This document shows, piece after piece, positions 12,541 through 24,307 of a DNA stretch of 41,954 nt. The translations under genes were made by a program, and so were the position numbers. The first letter of the stretch is position 1, and the number at the start of each line of letters is the position of its first letter. The notes beneath the pieces were generated by a model. That model did not search any database and had not been told where the DNA came from. It saw only the letters and a list, made by a program, of their open reading frames with translations. The DNA is from Chiloscyllium plagiosum (Eukaryota), in assembly GCF_004010195.1 (NCBI RefSeq), contig NC_057750.1:2162664-2204617 (forward strand), given 5' to 3'.

Positions 12541-13384
12541 CCATGGGCTATACAGATCAGAGCAGGCCATTTGGCCCAGTCAGTCCATGCCAATGCTTAT
12601 GCTCTTGTCCAACTATCTAAAACTATCATAACCCTCTTTCCCTTCTCCCTCATTTGTTTGTCCAGTTTAAATACATCTGTACTAGTTACTTCAACCATCC
12701 CGGTGACTGTAAATGGTGTAGTAATCAACATTACACCTTCCACTGAAAGGTGTGGGTCAGAGGGGTGAGGAGATCAATTCTTTCTTTGATTCCAAGTGTG
12801 GTTTGAAGTAATTCTAATTAACTCTTGCAGGAAGACTATCTATGCAGTCTGTTATGAGTTAAAAGTTTAGACTTACCATATATAAATGTTTATTGAATAT
12901 ATCCTCAACAATATCATGGTTTATGTTTCGCTCACTGTAGACAGATACACTGTAGCTATCACTGCTTTGTGTGGTTTTACTCCCTACTTTCCCTGTCTGA
13001 TCCCTGTCTCGTTTCATTCCAACGAATGAGTTCTCGTGTATAATTGATTCCTAATTAAAGCACACACAGTAAATCAGCCACTCCTGTCTCACAATCATTT
13101 GCTTGTTCTTGTCTGAAAGGTTTGCCTTTTGTCTTGTCTGTTTCTCTCCTGAAGCTGCTGAGCTGCAATGTCCTGAGTGTTGGCAGTATCACGCCCAAAA
13201 CAATCAGGGATATTCGACTGTGACGGCATCCCAACTTCCACTGCCTTGCTACAAGGAGCAGGAACATTGGTAAATTTCTGCTTTGCATTTATCTATTCCC
13301 CCCCTCCCCNNNNNNNNNNNNNNNNNNNNNNNNNNNNNNNNNNNNNNNNNNNNNNNNNNNNNNNNNNNNNNNNNNNNNNNNTCT

Positions 13385-13492
13385 GTCAGCCCCTGGCCCT
13401 CATTCCTGATGAAGGGCTTTTTCCCAAAACGCTGACTCTCCTGCCCCTCGGATGCTGCCTGACCTGCTGTGCTTTTCCAGCACCACACTCCT
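13385..13492 (+). mobile_element. Penelope-type terminal repeat fragment with decayed hammerhead-like motif
   Basis: CTGATGA-A-GGG...CCC-AAAACG followed by gatgctgcctgacctgctgtgcttttccagc, the same family as 24324 and 40738. Confidence 0.65.
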
Positions 13493-13844
13493 CCTTAACC
13501 CTGGGATGTTGGAGGATGAAAGATATCTGAAATGAGAGGCTGAGTGTGGGGGAGCTTGCGGATTAGAGCCTACATTTGCTGGATCTGTCCATCCCGTGTT
13601 TTGTTGGGGGTGTGATCGTTTGGAAGAAACATTAAACTGGCTCTCAAGTGGACATTTCGGTGGCACTACTTCCAGAGGATCAACTGTCATCGCTTGGTGC
13701 AGTGGGAGCAATTTTTAATCCATCGGCCAACAGTGCTAAGACTTATCTGGCTACAATTCCAATGCTTACACATCCCTGAGTGTAAACAGCCCACTGTACA
13801 TTCAGCCCCCTGAGCCCTATGTTCCGATGTATCAGTGTATCAGT

Positions 13845-14345
13845 AACACACTCACTGTGGAGTCAGGTTCTGTGTTCAAAACCCACTCTGGACACCCAAG
13901 CATTAAAAAAAATCCAAGCTGAGTGTCTCAGCTCAGCCCCGAGGGGGTGCTACACTGCCAGAGGTGCCACTGACTCATAGAGATGTATAGCATGGAATCT
14001 TTGGATGAGACATTAACTCTCAGGGGAATGCAAAAGAATCCTAGAGCCAGTATTCACAGTGGAGAAGGGAACATGAGGACAATATTAATCACTCAGCATT
14101 ACTTAAATAAGATGACCTGGTCAGCTATCACTTTGGTATTTGTCAGAAATCACATGACAGGTTGGACTATAACCTGGTGTGGTGTGAATTCTGGCTTTGT
14201 CCACCCTAGTCCAACACTGGCACTGCCACATCATTGCTACTTGTGGGAGCTTGCTCTGCACAAATTCACTGCTGCATCCCCAACAAATGACTGCACTTCA
14301 GTCTATGTAATACACAGCAGATAAAGTGCTCTGGGACATGGGGCT
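13845..14345 (+). mobile_element. Old DeuSINE-like (SacSINE1/AmnSINE1-type) element
   Basis: Recalled Deu-domain motifs gagggggtgctacactgccagaggtgcc and gggagcttgctctgcacaaatt; related copies near 21740, 30745 and 36230. Confidence 0.55.
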
Positions 14346-14379
14346 AGTGTAAAGTGCAAGGAAAGTAAGGTTTTGATTC

Positions 14380-14692
14380 GATTAGATTCCCTACAGTGTG
14401 AAAACAAGCCATTTGGCCCAACCAGTCCACACCGACCCTCCGAAGAGTAACCCACCAGACCCACCTCCCTCTGACTAATGCACTGAACACTATGGGCACT
14501 GTAGCATGGCCAATCCACCCTAACCTGCATATCTTTGGATTGTGGGAGGAACCGGAGCACCCGGAGGAAACCCACGCAGACACTGGGAGAACGTGCAAAC
14601 TCCACACAGACAGTCACCCGAGGCTGGAATTGAACCTGGGTCCCTGGCGTTGGGAGGCAGCAGTGCTAACCACTGAGCCACCGTGCCACCCC
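14380..14692 (-). mobile_element. HE1-like tRNA-derived V-SINE, full length
   Basis: On minus: A box tggctcagtgg, B box ggttcaattcc, V core gggtttcctccgggtgctccgg, and a LINE-derived tail with tctaa repeats. Confidence 0.92.
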
Positions 14693-15639
14693 AACTAGAT
14701 TTTCTAGTGAATCTTTATTAACGTCAGTTCAGAGGATTGGCTGGGGCGGCCTTTGTTGGGCTTTCAGTTCAGAAGCAGGCAGCTGTAGATTATATCAGAG
14801 AGTGAGTAAGTTAATGTGTCCGTCTAGCTTCCTGCTATTATCCCTCACATTCCTTTCTAATCACAACATGTGCTTCATCCCAGTGATAAGGGTTCTGCTC
14901 ATAAAGGGGCGTTCTCATTACAGACAGGAGCTGTGTTGGAACAGGTCCCAGCAGAAACTGCTTGAACAACACATTCTACAGACTCTGGGATATCAACTGT
15001 TCATTTCCCAGTTTGGGAAAGACAAATAATCGCCTTAACTTTAAACACTCCAGAGGTTAGAACTATCTCATTCATAAGAGTACATTTATCACATCATTTG
15101 GGAACACTGCAATAGGGGAGGCCTTTCTACCTGTGGGGTCAGTTCTGTCACTCAATTAAACCATGGTTGAACCGCATGTTAACTCCGCCTTCCAACTGGA
15201 TTACATCATCCTTTTCAAACAATTTATTTTTAACGTCTTAATCTTGACACTTTCAGTTGACCTGTCTCAACAGCTTTTTTCAAAGAGGTGGCGAGAGTTG
15301 CAGATTTCTGCTCCTCTGCGTAGGGATGTTCTTCCTGACGTCAATACTGATCAGTCAGCATTGAACTTTCAGGATTTCTAAAGCCCCTAACGACAGACAT
15401 GAACAATACCTCTCCCTCACTGTCATCACTCTGGAGTTTAACACCAGGCTGAGGACAGCATCAAGTGAAGAAAGGACTATTGTCCGACAAGGAGGAAGCT
15501 GGAGGGCTGACCTTGAATCAGACTTCTTTCATGAATTACTGTTGCTGAGCTTGTTAATAGCAAAAATTCAGTTTCTTTGCAATTACCACATTCCTCAGGC
15601 AACAGCAACACTCAGACATTAGAACGGATACCCCTATAA

Positions 15640-15935
15640 GGGTGGCTCAGTGGTTAGCACTGCTGCCTCACAGCACCAGGAATCCGGGTTCGATTCCAGC
15701 CTCTGCTGTCTGACTGGAGTTTGCACACTCTCCCCGTGTCTGTGTGGGTTTCCTCCGGGTGCCCCGGTTTCCTCCCACAGTCCAAAGATGTGCACCGTCT
15801 GGTGAATTGGCCGTGCTAAATTGCCCATAGTGTTAGATGTGACATTCAGGGGGAATGGGTCTGGGTGGCTTACTCTTTGGAGGGTCGGTGTGGACTGAAG
15901 GGCCTGTTTCCATGCTGTAGGGAATCTAATCTAAT
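15640..15935 (+). mobile_element. HE1-like V-SINE
   Basis: gtggctcagtggttagcactgctgcctcacagc...gggttcgattcc...tctaatctaa. Confidence 0.92.
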
Positions 15936-16019
15936 CATAACTGGGCTGTAGTTCCCTCAGTGCTGGACTCACCTTACTGACAATGAGTATGAAACATGAA
16001 TGGTAGAGATTATATAATC

Positions 16020-16320
16020 CCGACAGTGTGACAGCAGGTTACTGAGCCCACACTGACTCTCTAAAGGGCATCCCAACCAGACTCACCACCACCACCATCC
16101 CCCTCCCCCCCATCCTTGTAATCCTGCATCTCCCGCGCTAAACCACCTAGCCTGCGCATCCCTGGACACTATCGGGCAATTTCCTATGGTCAATCCACCC
16201 TAAATTGCACATATTTGGACTGTGGGAGGAAACCCACATGGGGAGAATGTGCAAACTCCGCCCAAGGCTGGAATTGAACCCGAGTCCCGAGGACAGTAGT
16301 GCTAACCACTGAGTCACCAT
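16020..16320 (-). mobile_element. Degenerate HE1-like V-SINE
   Basis: Same A/B boxes and core on the minus strand, with internal deletions. Confidence 0.75.
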
Positions 16321-17204
16321 GTCACTCAAATAATCATATGAACCCTGCTCCATTGACAGGTCAGTTGGTTAAATGGTAACCTAACCATTAGGAAATCACT
16401 GGGCCATTCCTTAAGTGTTTTCTAAAGAGACGTTTCTGTGTTTAAATTAAGTGTGGTAACTCAACACTGCTCCAGAGTAAATTCAACAGACGAGGGAAGG
16501 TAGGAATAAAAACCTACAGATCAGTTTTGATTTTAACACAGGGTGAGATCAGGAATGGGAACAGTGGTTATTGAGGAGGGAGGCACTACAGAAATGCTTA
16601 AGGAATTAATTACATAAAAAGGGGAAAAAAATTAGATATACAAACCACAAATGAGAGGAAGGGGTTAAGAGTTGAAAGAAAAAGCGCCAAGTGCCAGTTA
16701 TTCAGTGTTTCCTTAAATATTTTTGTTCTAACTCCCAGAATTTGGACAAAACAAGATAAAGAATGGCTTTATCCACTCCTTCCCATTGCACACATTTTCC
16801 TAATAATGTTCCTGAGATTGGGACTGACAGGAGTTTGGAGCAGACAAACGGATGATCTGACTCATGGACTGACTCACCGTGGCCAAAATGCAGCAATGTG
16901 CTGCGCCAGGATCCATAATTCCTCAGCTGCAGCAGGACAGAGTTCCAACACTGGCCAGGCCACTGGGGCCCTGCTCCCTGTTCTAATCACAAACAGTCAG
17001 TTGGTGTAGACGTTGCAGCAATAACGTGCCTTGTTCTCTGGGTCAGATTACAACGGCTGCAGCCCTCCATCGACTGCTCAAACCAGTCAGTCGATGATAC
17101 TGGGGAAGGCTCATCTGTGCCAATCCATTCACCCGACAGCAGGAAGAAATGGGACTCAGAGACACAGCCACTATTCCATAAGCTGACTTTCTGCTGGACA
17201 GCAT

Positions 17205-18335
17205 ATACACTCAGATATACTCTACATCCCTCTTCGAAATATGCCGATATATCCCACACCCCTCACTGTGATATTCTGATATACTCCACACCCATCGCTG
17301 TAATGTTTTGATATACCCCACACCCCTCACTGTAATATTCTGATATACCCCACACCCCTCACTGTAATGTTCTGATATACCGCACACCCCTCACTGTAAC
17401 ACTGATATACCCCACACCCCTCACTGTAATATTCTGATATACCCCACACCCCTCACTGTAATGTTCTGATATATCCCACATCACTCACTGTAATATTCTG
17501 ATATACCCCACACCCCTCACTGTAATATTCTGATATACCCCACACCACTCCCTGTAACACTGATATACCCCACACCCCTCACTGTAACACTGATAGATCC
17601 CACACCACTCACTGTAATATTCTGATATACCCCACATCCTCACTGTAATATTAATATACCCCTCACCACTCACTGTAATATTCTGATATACTCCACACCA
17701 CTCCCTGTAACACTGATATACCCCACACCACTCCCTGTAACACTGATATACCCCCCAACCCCTCATTGTAACCTGATAGAACCACCTCACTGTAATATTC
17801 TGATATACAGCACACCCCTCACTGTAACACTGATATACCCCACATCCCTCACTGTAATATTCTGATATACCCCACACCACTCCCTGTAACACTGATATAT
17901 CCCTCACCCCTCACTGTAATATTCTGATATACCCCACACCACTCCCTGTAACACTGATATATCCCTCACCCCTCACTGTAATATTCTGATATACCCCACA
18001 CCACTCCCTGTAACACTGATATATCCCTCACCCCTCACTGTAATATTCTGATATACCCCACACCACTCCCTGTAACACTGATATATCCCTCACCCCTCAC
18101 TGTAATATTCTGATATACCCCACACCACTCCCTGTAACACTGATATATCCCTCACCCCTCACTGTAATATTCTGATATACCCCACACCACTCCCTGTAAC
18201 ACTGATATATCCCTCACCCCTCTCCCTGTAACACTGATATACCCCACACCACTCCCTGTAACACTGATATACCCCACACCACTCCCTGTAACACTGATAT
18301 ACCCCACAACCCTCACTGTAACACTGATAGATCCA
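17205..18335. repeat. Minisatellite with 33-35 bp units (ctgatataccccacacccctcactgtaatatt)
   Basis: About 30 tandem units; an alternating two-unit pattern appears in the 3' half. Confidence 0.97.
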
Positions 18336-19390
18336 AATTAGATAAATTCACTACTTTCTGATCCGTACCAGCACTGCACTAGTTACAGGTCATCCCCTTT
18401 ATCCCACCTCTCTGTCTTCTATTTGTTAGCCAGTCCTCTATACAATAATATATGACCTCCAACACCACAGGCTCTTGTCTTATGAAGTGGACTAATGTGT
18501 TTTACCTTGCCAGTGCCAGTGAAAGGGAACTGCTGGATTATGCCCCTGTCTGTGGTGAAACTGGATGAATAACCAGAGGCTGAGTTTTGATACCAGAATC
18601 GGCATGAGATTAGTGCCGGGCACAACGTAGCGGGGTGCACTGGCTAGATTCTTTTGAAGAATGGTCACTGGACCCAAAATGTAAACTCTGCTTTCTCTCT
18701 CCACAGAGCTACCGGGTTTCTCCAGCAATTTCTGTTTTTTGTTGGGATACATTCTTGCTCAGCCATGGAATACAGGGTCATCGGGTGTAGATAAGAAGGA
18801 GGAATTTGAAACACAAACAGCCATGATTTTATTGAATGGTCGAGCAAGTCTGAGGGGATGAGTGGGATATTTTCTGCCCCAAATTAATATGTTTCAATGC
18901 TTCTCCCCCATCCTCACAAGGGTGATGGGGCATGGATTAACAGTACAGCAATAATACCACGAGGGAATCACCTCCTCAAGAGAGATACACTCATTTTTCA
19001 CCGATAGATATTTGGTAGGATCCGGAGGCAAAGGGATTGAAATGGGGCACAGGTCATCCTGCAGCAACTCAGTAACCATCTCTCTGGAGAGACGTAGACT
19101 CCCCTGGGTACTATTCCTTGGACATGCACAAGACATTCAGGAGGGTCTTGGAAGCTGATGTTTCACCTTGGTGCCTTTTCTTTGCCCTCCCCCAAGGTTG
19201 GTGGCCCCAGGGGTTGGCAGGGCCCCTCATGGGGGATCTACCCCATGGCAGTGATGGGTTCTGAGTCTCGGAGATGCTGGTCTGCCTGGGCCGTACAGCC
19301 CTGAGACCTTCCTTTGTGCCTGTATCTACTCCAGCACCCAAAGGTGCAGCAACACTGGGTTACCCCATCTTTATAACCTCAACCCCTGAA

Positions 19391-19670
19391 CTAGGCATAG
19401 TCTGATCCCACTCCAACTCCCCATTGGCTGGCTGGCCTAGGCATAGTCTGATCCCACTTCAACTCCCCATTGGCTGCCCATACTCCTTTCACCAAACTTT
19501 TTTTTCTGGACTCTGACAGCTCCAGCCTCTCCACTGAAACAGGAATCCTTTTTTATCCTTTTATTCAAATCGGTGGTTTTCTCTTTGACGACCCTGGACC
19601 CCCTCCCCCCCACAATCTCCCACCAAACCCAATCCCAACACCGCCATCTTGACCAATAAAATGGCGCTGC
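19391..19670 (+). promoter_or_regulatory. Probable NOP53 promoter with CCAAT boxes and two inverted YY1-type motifs
   Basis: Duplicated unit containing ccattggctg (reverse CCAAT) at 19391 and 19437; CCGCCATCTT (19641), CCAAT (19653) and AAAATGGCG (19658) at the edge of the CpG-rich block. Confidence 0.6.
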
Positions 19671-21204
19671 CGCCTGGGGGCGCGGATCGGAAGGACCTCC
19701 AGCCCGGCAGGGGGCGCGGGTTTGGGAGACTCCGGTCCGGCAGGGGGCGGGGGTTGAGGAGCGTCCGGTCCGGCAGGGGGCGCGGGTTGGGGAGACTCCC
19801 GTCCGGCAGGGGGCGCGGATTGAGGAGGGTCCGGTCCGGCAGGGGGCGCGGGTTTGGGAGGCTCCGGTCCTCCAGGGGGCGGGGGTTGAGGAGCGTCCGG
19901 TCCGGCAGGGGGCGCGGGTTGGGGAGACTCCCGTCCGGCAGGGGGCGCGGATTGAGGAGGGTCCGGTCCGGCAGGGGGCGCGGGTTTGGGAGGCTCCGGT
20001 CCTCCAGGGGGCGCGGGTTTGGGAGGTTCCGGTCCTCCAGGGGGCGCGGGTTTGGGAGGCTCCGGTCCTCCAGGGGTCGCGGGTTTGGGAGGCTCCGGTC
20101 CTCCAGGGGTCGGGGGTTTGGAAGGCTCCGGTCCTCCAGGGGGCGCGGGTTTGGGAGGTTCCGGTCCTCCAGGGGGCGCGGGTTTGGGAGGCTCCGGTCC
20201 TCCAGGGGTCGGGGGTTTGGAAGGCTCCGGTCCTCCAGGGGGCGCGGGTTTGGGAGGTTCCGGTCCTCCAGGGGGCGCGGGTTTGGGAGGCTCCGGTCCT
20301 CCAGGGGTCGGGGGTTTGGAAGGCTCCGGTCCTCCAGGGGGCGCGGGTTTGGGAGGTTCCGGTCCTCCAGGGGGCGCGGGTTTGGGAGGCTCCGGTCCTC
20401 CAGGGGTCGGGGGTTTGGAAGGCTCCGGTCCTCCAGGGGGCGCGGGTTTGGGAGGCTCCGGTCCTCCAGGGGGCGCGGGTTTGGGAGGCTCCGGTCCTCC
20501 AGGGGGCGCGGGTTTGGGAGGCTCCGGTCCTCCAGGGGGCGCGGGTTTGGGAGGCTCCGGTCCTCCAGGGGGCGCGGGTTTGGGAGGCTCCGGTCCTCCA
20601 GGGGGCGCGGGTTTGGGAGGCTCCGGTCCTCCAGGGGGCGCGGGTTTGGGAGGCTCCGGTCCTCCAGGGGGCGCGGGTTTGGGAGGCTCCGGTCCTCCAG
20701 GGGGCGCGGGTTTGGGAGGCTCCGGTCCTCCAGGGGGCGCGGGTTTGGGAGGCTCCGGTCCTCCAGGGGGCGCGGGTTTGGGAGGCTCCGGTCCTCCAGG
20801 GGGCGCGGGTTTGGGAGGCTCCGGTCCTCCAGGGGGCGCGGGTTTGGGAGGCTCCGGTCCTCCAGGGGGCGCGGGTTTGGGAGGCTCCGGTCCTCCAGGG
20901 GGCGCGGGTTTGGGAGGCTCCGGTCCTCCAGGGGGCGCGGGTTTGGGAGGCTCCGGTCCTCCAGGGGGCGCGGGTTTGGGAGGCTCCGGTCCTCCAGGGG
21001 GCGCGGGTTTGGGAGGCTCCGGTCCTCCAGGGGGCGCGGGTTTGGGAGGCTCCGGTCCTCCAGGGGGCGCGGGTTTGGGAGGCTCCGGTCCTCCAGGGGG
21101 CGCGGGTTTGGGAGGCTCCGGTCCTCCAGGGGGCGCGGGTTTGGGAGGCTCCGGTCCTCCAGGGGGCGCGGGTTTGGGAGGCTCCGGTCCTCCAGGGGGC
21201 GCGG
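19661..21204 (+). CDS. NOP53: Putative NOP53 exon 1 made largely of an in-frame (RGRGFGRLRSS)n repeat
   Basis: ATG in aaaATGG context; open for 514 codons plus GG; donor cgg|GTAGGG is phase 2 and joins exon 2 to give GGA GGC CTT (G-G-L). Lacks recognisable canonical exon-1 residues. Confidence 0.5.
19703..21204. repeat. 33-bp GC/CpG-rich minisatellite, about 46 units (agggggcgcgggtttgggaggctccggtcctcc)
   Basis: Directly visible; units are diverged at the 5' end and identical from about 20440 onward. Confidence 0.98.
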
Positions 21205-21558
21205 GTAGGGGGTTGTGAGTGGGTAGGGATGCTGTGTGGGGATTGGGAGAAGGTGGTTGCGCAGGAGGAGATGAGGGAGGGGGTGAGAGGGGACAGGAGG
21301 GGGAGAGGGAGGGTCACTGTAAGGTGGGGAAGAAGGGGTTGTGCGGGAGTAGAGAGATTGTGGTGAGGGGTGATGATGGAGTGTGGAGGGGAAGAAAGGC
21401 AGATGGATTGTTGCGAGAGGGCGGGAGAATCTGTGACCTATGCCCGTCAGCAACCTTTATTATAACAGCCATAAATTCAATTAAAGTCAGCCTCGGAGTG
21501 TTTGTGTTCTGTATCCGTCTGGAGGTGAAATGTCTCACAAATCTCTGTTTATTTTCAG

Positions 21559-21623
21559 AGGCCTTGTGTCTGAAAAGTCAGATGATAACCTGTTCTTTGT
21601 TGACACTGGAGATGATGTACAAG
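21559..21623 (+). CDS. NOP53: NOP53 exon 2 (GLVSEKSDDNLFFVDTGDDVQ), containing the LFxxD MTR4 arch-interacting motif
   Basis: ttttcag| and |gtgag boundaries; 65 nt; LFFVDTG motif typical of NOP53. Confidence 0.92.
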
Positions 21624-22204
21624 GTGAGCAATCGCCTTCTGGCTGATGGAAACAGCCCAGATCATTTCAGAGTTCACACACTGTTATTACGTAGGTGTGT
21701 CCTACTCCAGAGGCCTGAGGATGTAATCCCAGCTGGCAGCCTGACTGATGGAGAGCTGCACTGCCAGAAATGATGGTCAAGTAATGTCCCAACGGCCCTG
21801 TCAATTGGATGTAAAAATCTGCGATTACTATTTGAAGAAGAACACACAAATTTCCCTTCGTGAACTGGACTAGTGTTCATCTCTCAAGTATCATTAGTTT
21901 AGTAGGTCATCTGCCCGTGATCACATTGCAGTTTGTGGATTCTTGCTGTTCCTATTTTAGATTAGATTAGATTCCCTACAGTATGGAAACAGGCCCTTTG
22001 GCAGTTAGGTTTCTGACGTTAGAACAATGAATTCCCCATTGGCTGTGAATTGTTCTCAGACATTCAGAGGTTTTGAAAGGCACTATGTAAATGCAGGTGT
22101 TTGGAATAGGATTGGGATTGCTGCTTTCCACTGAGTTTCCATTTTGTTGAGCTATATGCTCCAAGATGGTGTTCAGACAGAGCATTATCAGCCATTAAGG
22201 CAAA

Positions 22205-22806
22205 TGTTATGGGCCAGATCAAGCTCCCTCAATATATATTCAAAACACAGCCTAGACCTTACCTTTTTCTTATCTTAAAGGTAATTGTAAGGGGTTGTGT
22301 TCCAGATGCAGTTTCATTAGCTAAACTACTCAACGTTAAGCAAAACACTCTTTATTTTACACTGCAGTTTTAAAATAAAGACTGAACAGAAAAGAAAACA
22401 ATTGGCTTATCTCTGTTGAAATGCTTAACAAAAATTACTAATAATTAACTGTTCCAGTACAGTAGCATCCCATAAACACACCCTTGGCAAAGGCAAATTC
22501 AGATTGTCTCACATGCAATTCTAGCAGTAAGAAGAGAACCCTCAGCTTTTGGCTGTAATAGAGAAGAAAAACAGCTTCCAGAGTCAGCTTCAAGACCCCA
22601 GCAACAGCTGACAGCTAAAACTGTAAACCCTGGTTTTGTGGAAATGTGACCCCACCCATTCAGGCTGCTTCTGTTGTTGCAACTTTTTAAAAAAAAAATC
22701 CCCAAGGCTCCTCAAGCTGTTTATTGGCTTTGAATATACAGCTCGTTACCCCTCGTCAAAACAAAACCCAGGACAAAATACCCCTCTTAAACACAGTAAC
22801 CTCACA
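22205..22806 (-). mobile_element. Probable solo LTR (about 600 bp) in NOP53 intron 2
   Basis: Starts TGTTA and ends TCACA; flanks caaa/gaaa form an imperfect 4-bp TSD; AATAAA on the minus strand near 22351. Confidence 0.5.
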
Positions 22807-23279
22807 GAAACCACATTATTCTGTGTTGTGAATCTGAGGTGCCAATGAATGCTAGTCAGGTATGGCAGCGTAATCGTTCGGTTTGTTGTAATCTAGAAAA
22901 TGTTGTTTCAACCCCATCGTGGCATTGAGTTTTACAAATCTGGAAATTAAAATGTTGGCCGTTGCAGAAGTGTGTGGGAAATAATCGCGATTGTTTTCCC
23001 ACGGTCGAATGTCTTTGTGATCAGTTCCTCCTTGAATCTTAACCGCTCTATAATGGGGTGTAGGATGCACAAAGGTGTCTCCGAACTGCTGCTGCCTTCC
23101 CAGAGAATCTAAAAGCACATGGTCATCAAAGGCTTTGCCTCTTTGTCTGAAACCTGAAAACCAAAAGATGCAGCAAGATCAAGGATGAAAAGAATGAGAC
23201 CAACACTTTGTGTGCGGACCAATTGCTGGGTTTTGAAAGTTAATTGCGTGTGGAGGTAACGGTTTTATTGTTTTTGTAG

Positions 23280-23364
23280 ATCTGATCCATAACAAAGGGA
23301 AGTTGAAGCCTCTGAGAGTTGACCTCATTCTACAGTCAGACTCCAAGGTGCCGGCACCCAAAGA
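23280..23364 (+). CDS. NOP53: NOP53 exon 3 (DLIHNKGKLKPLRVDLILQSDSKVPAPK)
   Basis: tttttgtag| and |gtgagt; KPLRVDLIL..SKVPAPKD is a conserved NOP53 motif; phases 1/2 fit. Confidence 0.93.
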
Positions 23365-23486
23365 GTGAGTATCTGTCTGTTCGCATCGCATTTCACCAGA
23401 ATGATTAGTAAGTTAAATATTGGATCAGAAGTCTTTGCAGAGCTGAAGCCTTTCAGTGTATATGTTTGTATGTCTGTATACTGTTA

Positions 23487-24190
23487 ACAGGAAAGGACAG
23501 GGTGGATCAAGGTAATCTATTTCCACTGGTTGGGGATTCTAAAATGAAGGGCGTAGCCTGGGTATTCGGGCCATTCTGTTCAGGAGAGATGTTAGGGACC
23601 ATTTCTGCACACAAAGGGTGGGAGAGGTTTGGAACTCTTTTCCACAAACAGCAGTGGATGCTGGATCGGTTGGTAATTTTAAACCTGAGAGAGAGAAATT
23701 TCTGTTAATCAAAAGTATTAAGGGATATGGGCCAAAGACAGGGAGATGGAGTTAGGCCACAGATCTTATTGAATGGCAGAACAGACTCGAGGGGCTGAAT
23801 GGCCTCCTGTTCTTATGTTCCTGTATGAGTACAACACAGTGACAGTTAAGAGCTGTCACTGTCTTATGGAATTATAGTACTGGTGAACACCAGGAATAGG
23901 AACATGAGTTTAACCTACTCTGTCTTTTAATTAGATCATGGCTGATATTGTCTCAACACCTGCTCTCCATAACCTTTCACTCCAATGTCAGTCAAAAATC
24001 TGTCTGAATCAGACTTGACTATATTCAATAACCAAGCCTGCTCCCTGGGAAAGAATTCCACAGGCTAACAGCCCTCTGAGAGAACGAAAAAACACCTCAT
24101 TTCAGTGAAATGGGGGACCCTGATGTTTGAACTATGACCCCTGGTTTGAGATATCTCCATATTGAGAAACATCCTTTCAGCATCCCCAGG
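23487..24190. mobile_element. Two degenerate CR1-type 3' fragments in opposite orientation
   Basis: DRVDQGNLFPLVG on +; EISQTRGHSS on -; LINE-type tails facing each other at about 23820-23900. Confidence 0.65.
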
Positions 24191-24307
24191 TCTGTCACTG
24201 TACAACATTGGGGTGCAGTACTGAAGGGGCAGATCTGTTGCTGTATAACAATGGGGTAATGTACTGGTGGGGACAGTACTGTCACTGTATAACACTGGGG
24301 TACAGTA

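Noticed and set aside
16700..17200. Non-repetitive intergenic stretch with short ORFs
   Set aside because: No recognisable protein, splice pattern or RNA motif; a regulatory role cannot be supported from sequence alone.
17205..18335. CRISPR-like regular spacing here and in the 38.2 kb and 41.6 kb arrays
   Set aside because: Head-to-tail units without unique spacers, no cas genes, vertebrate DNA.
19561..19650. Minus-strand caagATGGCGG as an inverted true NOP53 exon 1
   Set aside because: The peptide MAVLGLGLVGDCGG... is short, stops early and shows no NOP53 similarity.
19437..21453. Long minus-strand ORFs (626 and 630 aa) and the + strand GGSGPP ORF (410 aa)
   Set aside because: A stop-free 33-bp unit is open in several frames. 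These ORFs start at non-ATG codons, lack a splice link, and the collagen/elastin-like look is coincidental.
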